From Girardia tigrina (lineage: Eukaryota), in assembly GCA_001938485.1 (NCBI GenBank), contig MQRK01233262.1, positions 1-54,460 of the forward strand: a stretch of DNA of 54,460 nucleotides, in the 5' to 3' direction. The first letter of the stretch is position 1; the number at the start of each line of letters is the position of its first letter. Shown piece by piece: positions 23,376 to 35,375 of this stretch. Position numbers and translations under genes: made by a program. Under the pieces are notes generated by a model. It ran no database searches. It had not been told where the DNA came from and saw nothing but the letters and a program-made list of their open reading frames with translations.

Positions 23376-24755
23376 TTAAAAGTAAAATGTCGAATCTGTT
23401 TTTTGGTGCAGTGAAGGAAGGACGTTGCTGCACTCCACAAACTGTATATTTTCTTCAGGAAATTCGCAGTAAAAGTTGTTATAAATTTTGCCTGTTAAAG
23501 TAATTATTTTGGTATTGTAATCATGGAGTTGGATATCTTCTAACAACTTTTTGATTTTTATCATTGATTTGTTTTGGGATTCTACCTGTAATTCCTCACA
23601 GTAAGTTAGAGCGTCTAAATAGGCACTGAGAAAAGTCTCTTTCATTTGAATATTTCCGTCATTAAATAGTAATATAATCTTTACTAAATTATCACCTTTG
23701 AAAACTTCTGATATTTGCGACCAATCGCCCTTCTTTAGAATGTTACCATAAATATTCATAACCTTTTCTCGCAATTTAATATTAGCATTATTAACAAAAT
23801 TGTTCACATTTTCCTTTAAGAGCGGAAGAAGAAGCGGTTCGAGTACTATTTCTTTATAACCAGTTATATTTTCAAGGATATCCAACACCATTTGGTGAAC
23901 TCCTGCGTCAGTTTGATTCAAACCTAGTTTGAAAATACTGAAACAGTCTCTGAAAAGATGTATAGAAACGATTTCGCTGTTGCATTTAGAAAGATACTTC
24001 AGCAATTGCAAATATAATCTAATGTGACAGTTTTTGAAAACCTTTGAAATTATTTGTGTTTGCATTACTACGTGTAGATGCTGGCAATTGTGGCAAAGGA
24101 AATTTAAAGAATGGCAAATATTTTCATGTACAGATTCTGTTATAAAATCTGCAAATTTAAGTAACAACGAAAATATAAAAGACAAGTCTGCTTCATGAAG
24201 GTACTCATGACGCTGACAGATATACGCTACGACCCACGAGACTTCAATCAACACTTTCTCGTCGGTTTCTTTTCCGACTATCGCTTGTAAGATGTTCGCG
24301 AAATTGTTCGACAGTAACATTTGCAAATATAAAATATTACATCCGATTAGGTTGCCAAAGATGATAAGGCAATCTTGTCGGAAAATTGCGGAAGATATTA
24401 ATGTTGTAAGTAACGAGATAACAGAGTTATGTAGCAAGTATCTTTCATTATCCTTTTGAGCAGATAAATATCGAATTATCATTACAGTTTTCATTTGAAT
24501 ACTCTGATCTCCACTTTCCATACCCTTTATTAGACATTCTTGAAGATCTCTATCATTTATGGGATTGTATTTCACACCCTCCGTATCGATTTCCATTTCG
24601 TTTAATTTGGAGGTTCGTTCGATTATTTGATAAATCTCATCTAAATAATTAAAGTTGCTAAATTGTTCGACATTTCTTTCGTTATTCAATTTTCTTTTTT
24701 TATTCAAAAATAATTCCTCGTTTGATTCGACCGACAAATGTCTTTTACCTTTCAT
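23376..24755 (-). CDS. Divergent importin-alpha-like ARM-repeat protein (459 aa, single ORF)
   Basis: Basic IBB-like N-terminus (KRHLSVE..ELF..KKRKL...RNV). ARM-like GNLIG, SWVVAYI and ENITG. C-terminus DIQLHDYN...IYNNFY...STFYF resembles importin-alpha LQNHEN...IEKYF...TFNF. Confidence 0.8.
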   Translation of the reverse strand: MKGKRHLSVESNEELFLNKKRKLNNERNVEQFSNFNYLDEIYQIIERTSKLNEMEIDTEGVKYNPINDRDLQECLIKGMESGDQSIQMKTVMIIRYLSAQKDNERYLLHNSVISLLTTLISSAIFRQDCLIIFGNLIGCNILYLQMLLSNNFANILQAIVGKETDEKVLIEVSWVVAYICQRHEYLHEADLSFIFSLLLKFADFITESVHENICHSLNFLCHNCQHLHVVMQTQIISKVFKNCHIRLYLQLLKYLSKCNSEIVSIHLFRDCFSIFKLGLNQTDAGVHQMVLDILENITGYKEIVLEPLLLPLLKENVNNFVNNANIKLREKVMNIYGNILKKGDWSQISEVFKGDNLVKIILLFNDGNIQMKETFLSAYLDALTYCEELQVESQNKSMIKIKKLLEDIQLHDYNTKIITLTGKIYNNFYCEFPEENIQFVECSNVLPSLHQKTDSTFYF

Positions 24756-25760
24756 TTGAGTTTTTATAATTCTTTTTTAATTTAAATATATTTATTGAAA
24801 CAAATTAAATTTGATTTCTCCTTAATAAGAATTTGAAAAATTTTAATTTTATTATATAATATTACATTTAATTATATTAAATAGTGTTTTTTTTACAATT
24901 TCGATTTAAATTTTTGATCTTTAACATTTTTAAATATTTGAGTTGAAAGTATTAAAAATATTCGATTTTTATTTTTAAAAAATTAAATAGAAATTTTTTT
25001 TATAAAATTTTAATATTCAACCTTCACATTTTAAATTAAATTATTTAAATTTCTAAAATTTAAATTATATTTTTAAAGTTATATATATATATATATATAT
25101 ATATTAGTAATATTTTTAATATTTAAATGAAGATTTTTTTTATTTGAAGATTTTAATTAAATATTATATATAAAATTTATTTAATAAAAAGTTTTTTTTA
25201 TAAATTTATATATTTAAGCATAACATTTTTAATTTGGTTATTAAATTATATTAAAAAATTTAAATTATATTTTTAATGTTTTTTATATTATTATAATTAA
25301 TACAAATTTTTTAATAAATAATCATGTTTTATAATATTGATAAATTTAAAGAATATTGTAAAATGTAATTTAAATAATCTCGGCAAGTTATTTTCAAAAG
25401 ACAAATAGCGCACATTTAATAAGTATTAATATTAATTTGAACTTGGGTCCAAACAATACGTACAAATACCCTTTGAAGCAATGTTAATTTAACGGTGAAC
25501 TTATATAAAATTTGCTCTTTAAGTATTTTTGGTTGAGTAATCAATTTTCTTTATTCTTCAATTTTATTGAAAGTATTTCGATTTACTGTAAAATAAATAA
25601 ATGATCATTGTCTTTGTATCTAAATGTGAAGATGACTGTATATATGTCGAAATTAATAAAGTAATTTATCTTTTAATAATTAAATTTTGATAATTTTAAG
25701 TTAAGGTTTAATATAATATATTTTATGAAAATGTTGTTTTTTTTAATTTTGAATATATAT

Positions 25761-25804
<44 letters not shown>

Positions 25805-26307
25805 AATAATATGCTTTAAATTAATGTTATTAAAAATATTAAAAATTAAAGATTTATAGCTTCAATTAAAAAAATGTCATTTAAAAAAATAATAAGTAAA
25901 AAGTTTTAAGTAATACGTGTAGTTATTAATTTCAACTTCAGTCAAAACAATTTATACAAATATGCTCCGTAGCGATGTTAATTTAATTATTTTGTTAGTA
26001 AATAGAAAATAAAAACAAATACTTAATATTAATTATTAAATCTTAATTAATAATATTTTCAGTAAAATTTCAGAAGATTGAGTTTGTGAATTGATTTTAA
26101 GCTTAATTTGGATTTGAAAATTTATATATGATTAATGAAAAATTAAAATACTTTATTTCGTGTTTGTTTTAAACAATTATTTTGGATAAACAAAACATCA
26201 AACTAATCAAACTTTTTAAATTTTTGATTAAAAAATACTTGCACTTTTAATGATATATATATATATATATACAAAAATAACACCATTTTAATTTTAAATT
26301 TTTATTG

Positions 26308-26345
26308 GAAAACATGTTTCGCCACTGTTGTGGCATCTTCAGTTC
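26308..26345 (-). ncRNA. Minimal type-I hammerhead ribozyme (inverted copy)
   Basis: GAA-CTGAAGA-T-GCCAC aaca GTGGC-GAAACATGTT-TTC on the minus strand; only the loop differs. Confidence 0.8.
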
Positions 26346-26786
26346 TGTATTTAATTAGAAAGTGATTGTTTATATAGAAAGATGACTATTACGTCACAGT
26401 GTGTTACGTCAAAATACTCTAATATGATTGGACGAATCACTTTGCACATTTAGACTAAGTTTAAGAAACTTTATCAAGAGTGCTTCAGTAATTGGGTATG
26501 TTCTGCAATTCTAGTACGGAGTTGCAGAACATACCCAATCAAGTAGAAAAAGCTCAATTTTGGACCACATAGTGAAATGTCATGGAACTCAAAGAAGGGT
26601 ATTTGATAATGATTTTCGGGTTTTGATTAGTAACTTTGATCACAATTATGAAAGGACAATTACTGAAGCACTCTTGATAAAGTTTCTTAAACCTAGTCCA
26701 AATGTGCAAAGTGATTCGTCCAATCATATTAGATGTGACGTAATGATCATCTTTCTATATAAACAATAACTTTCTAATTAAATACA

Positions 26787-26824
26787 GAACTGAAGATGCC
26801 ACAAAAGTGGCGAAACATGTTTTC
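26787..26824 (+). ncRNA. Minimal type-I hammerhead ribozyme
   Basis: GAA-CTGAAGA-T-GCCAC aaaa GTGGC-GAAAC ATGTT-TTC: CUGANGA and GAAA core boxes, stem II, palindromic stem III, 3-bp stem I. Confidence 0.8.
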
Positions 26825-29464
26825 CAATAAAAATTTAAAATTAGAATGGTGTTATTTTTGTTTATTGACGAAATTGCCATTTGATTTAAAGAAACTTTAT
26901 ATATATATATATATATATGTGACATTTAATTCTACAAAAATAAAAGTTGTAATTGATTTTCGCAAAATGTCTGAAAATTATTTACATAAAGCAAATATTA
27001 AATTATTTGGGTACCAAATTTTCTTGTGAATTATTATGAATATGGAAACTGAAAATTCTGAAAGAAAATCGTTAATGCCTCCAATTTTGTTATATCACAA
27101 CCTGTAAAGGCGAAGAGTTTGTTAAATTATCCGACTTGGATGGCTAAGAACGATGTGTGGATTGTCTTTTTGTTCTTTGCTATGATTAGATTAAGCGATG
27201 TCTACAATTAATTTTTTCATGTTCTTTTGATTTTCATTTATTTATTAAAATGATAAAATCATGATTATCGAATAGAAACATGTTAAGAAATAAATACATA
27301 AAAACAGCTTGACCCGAAATTTCCGAATTTTACAACATTAACTATAATATCATGATGAACTAGAGAGGTACTTGACTATTTTCATTGGAGATATTATGAG
27401 TCTACATGGATTTAGTGTGGCACGATTTTGATCCCTGATTAGTGTAAGTTACGGATACTCAATGGAGATCCAAGTCAAATAGTTTGTTGGGTTAATAAAT
27501 ACAAAAATAAAATTGAAAAAATAGAAACTCCACTTTAGTAAAAGATTCACAATCACTTAAATCTTTTTCCACGTGTACACGAAAAGCAATCTTCTGCAAT
27601 TTTATTAAAATATTTTTAACTTTTTTTTTAAGTTTTTATTTATTAGTTTTAATCTTAGATTTAGTAACAAATAATTAAATTATCATTCTTTCAATGTGTA
27701 TTTGTATATATTGTTTGGACCGCAGTTGAGATTAAAAACAATATTTACTAAATGTGCGTTATTTAAATAACATTTTAAAATATTTTTTGACTGTATCAAT
27801 GTTTCAAAATAATTTTTAATTTGTATTAATTATTTTATATAACATTAAAAATATACTTTAAATTTTAAAGGTTAAAAAATATAATTATTTTTTGAATAAA
27901 ATTTTAATTTAGTCAAACTTCGAAATCATTTTACTGGATTTATTGAAGAGTTCAATAACTAAATTATTAATGCAAGAGCTAAATTATTGCAAATATTAAA
28001 TTATTTCCGTCTCTAAATAAAAAATATAATAATATCTCAATAAATTATTTTGCTCAATAATAATCTTTTTAAATATTATTTTTTTAAAAGACATTTTTTA
28101 TAATTAATTGTAACTATAAATCTTTAATTTTTGAAATTTAATAACAATAATTTCAAATATTTTACTCAATATTTTTTTAAAAATATGAAATAACCATACA
28201 ATATAATATATTAAACCTGAATTTTAAATTTTCAGAACTTAATTTTTTAAAGATAATTTAGGCATTTAATTTCGACAGATTTACCGTCATCTTCACATTG
28301 ACATACGAAATTGATATTCATTTAATTATTTTTTGGTAAATCGAAATACTTTCAATAAAATTGAAGAATAACAAAATTCGATTACTCAACAGAAAAAAAC
28401 TTTGAGAGCAAATTTGATGTAAGTTCACCTTTAATATTTCTTGATCAAGGAAAAATACTTTAATAATACTTAATTCAATTCGCGAACACAATCTTCTGCA
28501 AGTTTATTAAAAATATTTTTTAAATTAAGTTTTATTAGTTTTAATTTTAAATTTAAAAAATGCTACATTATTTAAATGAGATTTTTAAATAGTCCTTAAA
28601 TTTATTATATTTTTATAAACTTTTTCAATAAAAATAATATAAATAAAACCTTAAAAATATTATTTAAATTTCAGAAATTTTAATAATTTAATTGAAAATG
28701 TGAAGATTAATTATAAAAATTAAAAAAATTATAATGCCTTATTTTTCATTTTTAATTTAACTTTTTCTTATATTAAAGTATTGTATAATTTTAATAATTT
28801 AACTTAATTTAATTTTTAAAACTTCAAAAAACGTTATGTTTGTGATTTAATGTTGAAAAAATGTTTTTATATTTGTGGTTTTTCATTGTTTCAAAATAAA
28901 AAAAACACCACAATTAAATCGAAAACATTAATTTTTATTAAAAATTAAAAAAAAATAATTCAAAAAATATAATATAATTTAAAAATTTAACTTTATTAAA
29001 ATATTTTTTTATAAAAATTCAAAATTAATTCAGAAATTAAATGCAAATAAAAATTTAACAGAACTTTTTATTAAATGATAAAATAAATATTCAAAAATTT
29101 TTTTAAACATACAAAATCGATTAAAAATAAAAAAATATAATTTTCTTAATTTTAGTCTGTCCTTTTCGTTGTGTTGTGCTTTTGTCAGGTCATTTAATTC
29201 CTTAAGAATAATGTCGAACTCAAAATTTGTTAAAGGTTATTTTATGACTTGTCAGCATCAAACACAGAAATAAAAATATTTACAAAAAATATGTTCACAA
29301 AATTGACATTTTCATTAGAAATTAGTTTCATTCATTAAGATTATTTTATTTGGAATGCTTTTTGAACCACTGTGAAAAATATCTTTATTAAAAAAATTGA
29401 AATTAACAATAAAATAAAATAAAATTTGTTTAAATAAAGATTATATATTATCATTAAAAATATA

Positions 29465-32408
29465 ATGGAAATTGAAAATTCATTATTGAACTCGAAAATC
29501 TTTTCCGACATCACAAATACAATTGTGAATGTAGCGGAAAGACAACCGGAAATACAAATAGCAAAAGAGAATGGAGACTCTACGAATGTTTTTGAACGAC
29601 TTGAGGAAGAATGGAAAAATTTGAAACAGATTCCAGTTACAACCTATAGCAAAGTTTCGATTGACTCAAAGATTTGTCATATAGCGTCGTTTGAAGATGT
29701 GGATAAAAATGCAAAAGGACTTTATGAAGCGATGAAGGCTCGAGAACGTTATATGAAGCTGTCTCACCAAACATTTAATAAAACGACGGGACGATTTTTG
29801 AAAATCGAAAAATTGTGCTCAAAACATTTTGATCATAAATGTAGTATCAAAACATTTTCTTTGAAAAAGTTAGAAAATGTCGATTTCTTTCCGCATCATT
29901 CGTTAGAAGATCAGTTTAATTTCGAGAAAGGAGTGATGACAGTCTCAAATTCCACTTCCGAATTCAAATTTGAATGTCCTGTTTCTTATGAAGATTTTAA
30001 GAAGGATTACTACAATATAGTACATCTTTCTGCTGACGGTCCGCTAAAAACATTTTGTTTTAGTCGTCTAAGCTTCCTGAAGTCACAATTCGATATGCAT
30101 AAAATCATAAACGGAAACATGGAGTCCACTGAGTTGAAGACTAATTCAAATAAAGATTTTTACAACATTCAGAAGGTTGATACTCATATCCATGCTTCAT
30201 CGTGTATGAATCAGAAACACCTTCAAAGATATATAAAGAATTGTATAACACAAAATTCAGGTGAAGAAGTCATGGTTGATAAAAAGACTGGAAAAGTGTT
30301 AACNNNNNNNNNNNNNNNNNNNNNNNNNNNNNNNNNNNNNNNNNNNNNNNNNNNNNNNNNNNNNNNNNNNNNNNNNNNNNNNNNNNNNNNNNNNNNNNNN
30401 NNNNNNNNNNNNNNNNNNNNNNNNNNNNNNNNNNNNNNNNNNNNNNNNNNNNNNNNNNNNNNNNNNNNNNNNNNNNNNNNNNNNNNNNNNNNNNNNNNNN
30501 NNNNNNNNNNNNNNNNNNCATATATCGATGATACCAAATATCAAAGTGCAGAATTTCGACTGTCAATCTATGGAAGAAGTATAAATGAATGGGATAAACT
30601 AGCCAAATGGGTTACATCAAATAAGGTTCATTCAGAAAATGTCAAATGGATGATTCAAGTACCAAGACTTTATGATATCTTCAAAAAAACCAAAGCAATT
30701 AGTTGTTTTCAAGACATAATTAANNNNNNNNNNNNNNNNNNNNNNNNNNNNNNNNNNNNNNNNNNNNNNNNNNCATCATTCGTTAGAAGATCAGTTTAAT
30801 TTCGAGAAAGGAGTGATGACAGTCTCAAATTCCACTTCCGAATTCAAATTTGAATGTCCTGTTTCTTATGAAGATTTTAAGAAGGATTACTACAATATAG
30901 TACATCTTTCTGCTGACGGTCCGCTAAAAACATTTTGTTTTAGTCGNNNNNNNNNNNNNNNNNNNNNNNNNNNNNNNNNNNNNNNNNNNNNNNNNNNNNN
31001 NNNNNNNNNNNNNNNNNNNNNNNNNNNNNNNNNNNNNNNNNNNNNNNNNNNNNNNNNNNNNNNNNNNNNNNNNNNNNNNNNNNNNNNNNNNNNNNNNNNN
31101 NNNNNNNNNNNTATAAAGAATTGTATAACACAAAATTCAGGTGAAGAAGTCATGGTTGATAAAAAGACTGGAAAAGTGTTAACCTTGAAAGAAGTTTTTA
31201 ATTCGGTTAATATTGAAGAACACGATGTAACTGTTGATCGACTTGATGTACACTGCGATCACAACACATTTCATCGGTTCGATACATTCAATTCTAAATA
31301 CAATCCGGCTGGTCATCCAGATTTGAGAGACGTATTCTTGAAAACCGATAACTATACAAACGGTAAGCATTTCGCGGAAATCATCAAGGAAGTCATGGCA
31401 TATATCGATGATACCAAATATCAAAGTGCAGAATTTCGACTGTCAATCTATGGAAGAAGTATAAATGAATGGGATAAACTAGCCAAATGGGTTACATCAA
31501 ATGAGGTTCATTCAGAAAATGTCAAATGGATGATTCAAGTACCAAGACTTTATGATATCTTCAAAAAAACCAAAGCAATTAGTTGTTTTCAAGACATAAT
31601 TACAAATTTCTTTCTTCCTCTTTTCGAGGTGACAAGGGATCCCTCAAGTCATCCGGAATTACATTCGTTTTTAGAAAATGTGAGTGGATTCGACTCAGTT
31701 GATGATGAATCAAAAACAGAACTGACCGATCTCCACAAGACTGACCCATATCCCGATCAATGGCAATCTAAACATAATCCTCCATACGCCTATTACTTAT
31801 TCTATATGTATGCTAATATGGTGGTTTTAAATAATTATCGTCGTTTAAAAGGTTTATCAACATTTAACTTTCGACCACATTGTGGAGAATCAGGATCTCC
31901 AAAACATCTTGCAGCTGCTTTTCTTCTTGCCGATAATATTAGTCATGGAGTTTTGCTACGTAAAACACCTGTTGTTCAGTATTTATATTACCTTTGTCAA
32001 GTGGGAGTAGCTATGTCTCCTATTAGTAACAACTTCTTGTTCCTTGAATATACAAGAAATCCATTTTACGATTACTTTTCTAGAGGATTAAATGTTAGTC
32101 TTAGTACTGATGATCCATTACAATTTCATTTCACAAGAGAGCCTCTTATGGAAGAATATAGCATGGCGACACAGATATGGAAGCTGACACCGACGGACAT
32201 GTGTGAATTAGCTAAGAACAGTGTTTTGATGAGTGGATTCAGTGCTGAAACTAAAGAAAAATGGCTTGGAAAAGACTATAACGATGAAGGAGTAAAAGGA
32301 AATAACATTTCCTTGTCAAATGTTTCCAATATAAGACTCTCCTACCGTCATGAAACATTGTGCAATGAACTGGTCCTGATACTAAGAGCATTGTATCCAG
32401 ATCTTTGA
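29465..32408 (+). CDS. AMPD: AMP deaminase (about 687 aa after removing the 880-nt duplicated overlap)
   Basis: KVDTHIHASSCMNQKHL, TFHRFDTFNSKYNP, GFDSVDDESK, FRPHCGESG and SLSTDDPLQFHFT motifs. No introns apparent. Confidence 0.95.
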
Positions 32409-33539
32409 TTCATCTGTGTATTTTATTAATAAAATTATATAAAAATAAAAATTAAAAAAATATTTTAAACTTTGTTACACAATTAAACAAAAAGAATTTT
32501 ATAAAAATATTTTCATTTTTTCTAATAAGTTTAGAAAATTCACAAATATGATAATATTTTGCACTTTTAGGAAATAAAATTTATGAACACTAAAATATTT
32601 TATATTGTTTATTTTATAATAATATATTCTAGCTTTTAATTATCAAACTTTGGAATTATCCATTTTAACAGAAGAGTTAACTAGTAAATTAACAGAAAAC
32701 ATTTTTTATATCCAATCTTTATGCAGACTGAACTTTATTAAGCCAACAGAATTTCTTTTGTTACCTTAGGTAGAAATGAAAATTTCATAAAACAATTGGC
32801 AACTCCAATTTGTTATTAATTAGTTACTAATAAAATATGACATGTATTATGCATAATATGCATATTTAGCATGTTTTGTTTAGTAATGTTGTCTGCTTAT
32901 ATTTACTTACACAAATCATAGATGTGTGATGCATTAATTAAAAATACATAAAGCCATTACGCAATCATAACAGACAGGGAGACGTGATTTAAAACTGTAA
33001 TTTGACGCCAGCTTTTTAGAATGAGCATATCTTAACATAAAATTCTTTTCCAAACATTTTAATGACGCAATTATAATGCGTGAAAGGGACTTTTATTTTA
33101 TGAAAATCTAATCAAAACACGGAAATTTTATGCAATTATCTCTTTATCTGTTGAGAAAATTTAAAAATACAATAGTCTATTCTATCCTGAATAAATTAAC
33201 AAAATTGTAATTATTTTAGCTAACCTATTATCTAGTTAACAGTTGTAGAATGGATAAACTTGTCAAGGTTATGTGTATGTGTTCAACACACTGTGTTCCT
33301 AAGATGACACCGAATGACATGATTGCAAAATTCATTTCCAAATTAGGCATTCAAATTGTCACTTTCAAAACATGTCCCAAATTATGTCTATAAATTATAG
33401 ATTATTATTGACTATAATAATGAATTTTTTATTTTTAATCAGTTTTTCTTTACTAATTGAAACAAATTTCATAAATCAGATCAGAATTCATTTTTGGATT
33501 GCAATTTCATTTTTAAATTTTGATTGGTATACCGGGTAA

Positions 33540-33895
33540 TATAAACTGATTATCAGATGAAGATACAACAGCAAAACGGAGCCGAAAACAGGGATAAGAA
33601 GAGGTCAAGAGAAGCATAACAGAGGAAATAGGGTGGCGCGTGTCTTAAGTTTCTGATGCCTGCATAAACATTTAGTCAACCACAAGTAGGGAGTTCGATT
33701 GTGAATCTGGAAGCTGAAAGCACATTGTTGTCGGAAACTGTGAGATATAGTCGAGGAAAGAATGCAAGCGAAGAAACAGAAGAGTCAAAGGAAGGAAAGT
33801 CAGATGACGAGCTCAAGTTAGAAACAGGAGGAAACTATTAGTCCAATTCTGAAGCAGTAGGACCCCACAACCAGAACCTTGAAGACGAAAAAGTA
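33540..33895 (+). mobile_element. Possible Gypsy integrase low-complexity C-terminal tail
   Basis: Purine-rich acidic stretch ending PEP*RRKST, resembling the usual RRSTR tail. Abuts a minus-strand gag. Confidence 0.35.
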
Positions 33896-35375
33896 CTGGA
33901 GGTTGCCTCCTTGTTTCCCTGTACGTTTTGAAATTTTTCTTGTTTGTAATATTTTCTCTTCTTGTTAGACTTCCTCTTTTATTCGATCTTTCCAACATTC
34001 TTTCCCACTCGTCATCGGAGTCTTCTAATTATGCTACTTGGTCTCTTCTATTCTTATATCCCATCCGACATATGTACTGTGTGTTTGTGTATTCTTTTCG
34101 TTCATTTCTTCTATTCCCTGTGTCTTCTCTTCCAGATTGTTCGCGTTTTTTAAATCTGTTTGGATTCTCATAACATAGTGTTCTTCCATACCCTTTCTTA
34201 TTACAATGGTTGCATTTAACATTTGGACATTCCCTTCTCACATGTCCTTCTTCATGGCAGGCCCGACATGTGATCCTTCTCGCATTAAAAATTCTTCTTG
34301 GTTCTTCGATCTTTCTCTCTTCGTATCTTGGTCTCGGTCTTCTTGTTCTATATTTTACTTTCTTCCATTCTTTATTTTCCTTTGTCGTATATGCGTCCAC
34401 TCTTATATTCCTGTCTTTCAGCTCAAATTCGTAAATTTTCTCCTGGATATTTTTTATATCTTCTGCTTTCATGAATTTCTAAGAATCATTTTTCTTCTTA
34501 CTTCTCTATCTTCGATGGTATTGGCGTACGCTAGATCCGAAAGTTTTTTTCCTAGTTTTTTCTCAATTAGTTTTTTCACTAGTTCATCAATCTTTTTAAA
34601 TACTTCTGATGGATTGTTTTCCCAGATTCTAATCTCTACAAGCTTCTTCTATATGCACTTCTCATTCTTGTTCCCAGCTGCATCCTTGTGTTTTCTCATA
34701 TTTGTTTATCGCTTCTAATGTCATCAATGCTGGAACTAATATTGCTTTTCTTTCTTCATTAAATCCCAAAATCTTTGAATATCTCTCAAAGCTTATTAAG
34801 AATTCTTCTAATTTTACTTCTGACCCATCGAATGTCTCCGGTCCCTTGATAACTGGTGTCACGTGGTCGTGTGTCGTCATATTAAGAAAATTTAAACAAG
34901 TTCCGTTTGAATTTTTCTTACAATCGCTATTAGAGCCATTATGACTCTCAGAAAGTCTTTCATCTTTTGTCATCCTTCTAATTGGTTTTATTATTTCTGT
35001 TTTTAATCATGATTATTCGAACAATTTTTCTAAGTTATTTTTTAAAAATATTTAACCTCTAAAAATATTAATTAAAAAATAATTATTTTTACAATTTCTC
35101 AGTAAATCCCAAAATAATAAAAATGTCATCAAATTATTAAATATGCATTTAATTTAAATTTTACTAAAAATATTAAACTTAATTTTAATTCTGAAAATTA
35201 AATATATGAATTTATCAAATGATTATTTTAATTATTTTCGAATAGTCAATAGCTTTAAATTTAAATATCAATTTCCAACTGGGTGAGAGAATCACTATTC
35301 TTAGTTCAACATTCTCAAATCAACGAACAGCATTAATACATTTACACATTCAAACAATTTAAAATATTCCTCACA
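33895..35375 (-). mobile_element. Gypsy 'TGTGAGG' family: putative short LTR, leader and gag
   Basis: HDHVTPVIKGPETFDG; CRACHEEGHVRRECPNVKCNHCNKKG; GGGAAAC slippery site at 33913-33919. Confidence 0.9.

Larger units (their letters stand above)
26271..26861 (+). mobile_element. Penelope-like element 3' end with inverted pseudo-LTR
   Basis: RVAEH...SSILDHIVKCH...FRVL...ERTITEALLIKFLKPSPNVQ is a PLE GIY-YIG C-terminus. 26271-26494 is the reverse complement of 26657-26861. (TA)n tracts lie on both sides. Confidence 0.9.
25000..28720. repeat. Large degenerate inverted and direct repeat complex between the two divergent genes
   Basis: 25490-25660 is the diverged reverse complement of 28265-28430. 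25005-25080 pairs with 28645-28720. 25430-25490 recurs directly at 25925-25985 and inverted at 27680-27735. 27588-27660 recurs at 28490-28555. Confidence 0.75.

Noticed and set aside
25626-25655. Active hammerhead ribozyme
   Set aside because: The core reads GTGAAGA instead of CTGANGA in both copies, and stems I and III are not evident.
29465-30799. A separate second AMPD gene
   Set aside because: Near-identical overlap joined by a 50-N spacer; best explained as an assembly artefact.
30223-31153. X-rich ORFs on the minus strand (also 47456-48055, 47530-47931, 40726-40977)
   Set aside because: Produced by N runs or (TA)n repeats.
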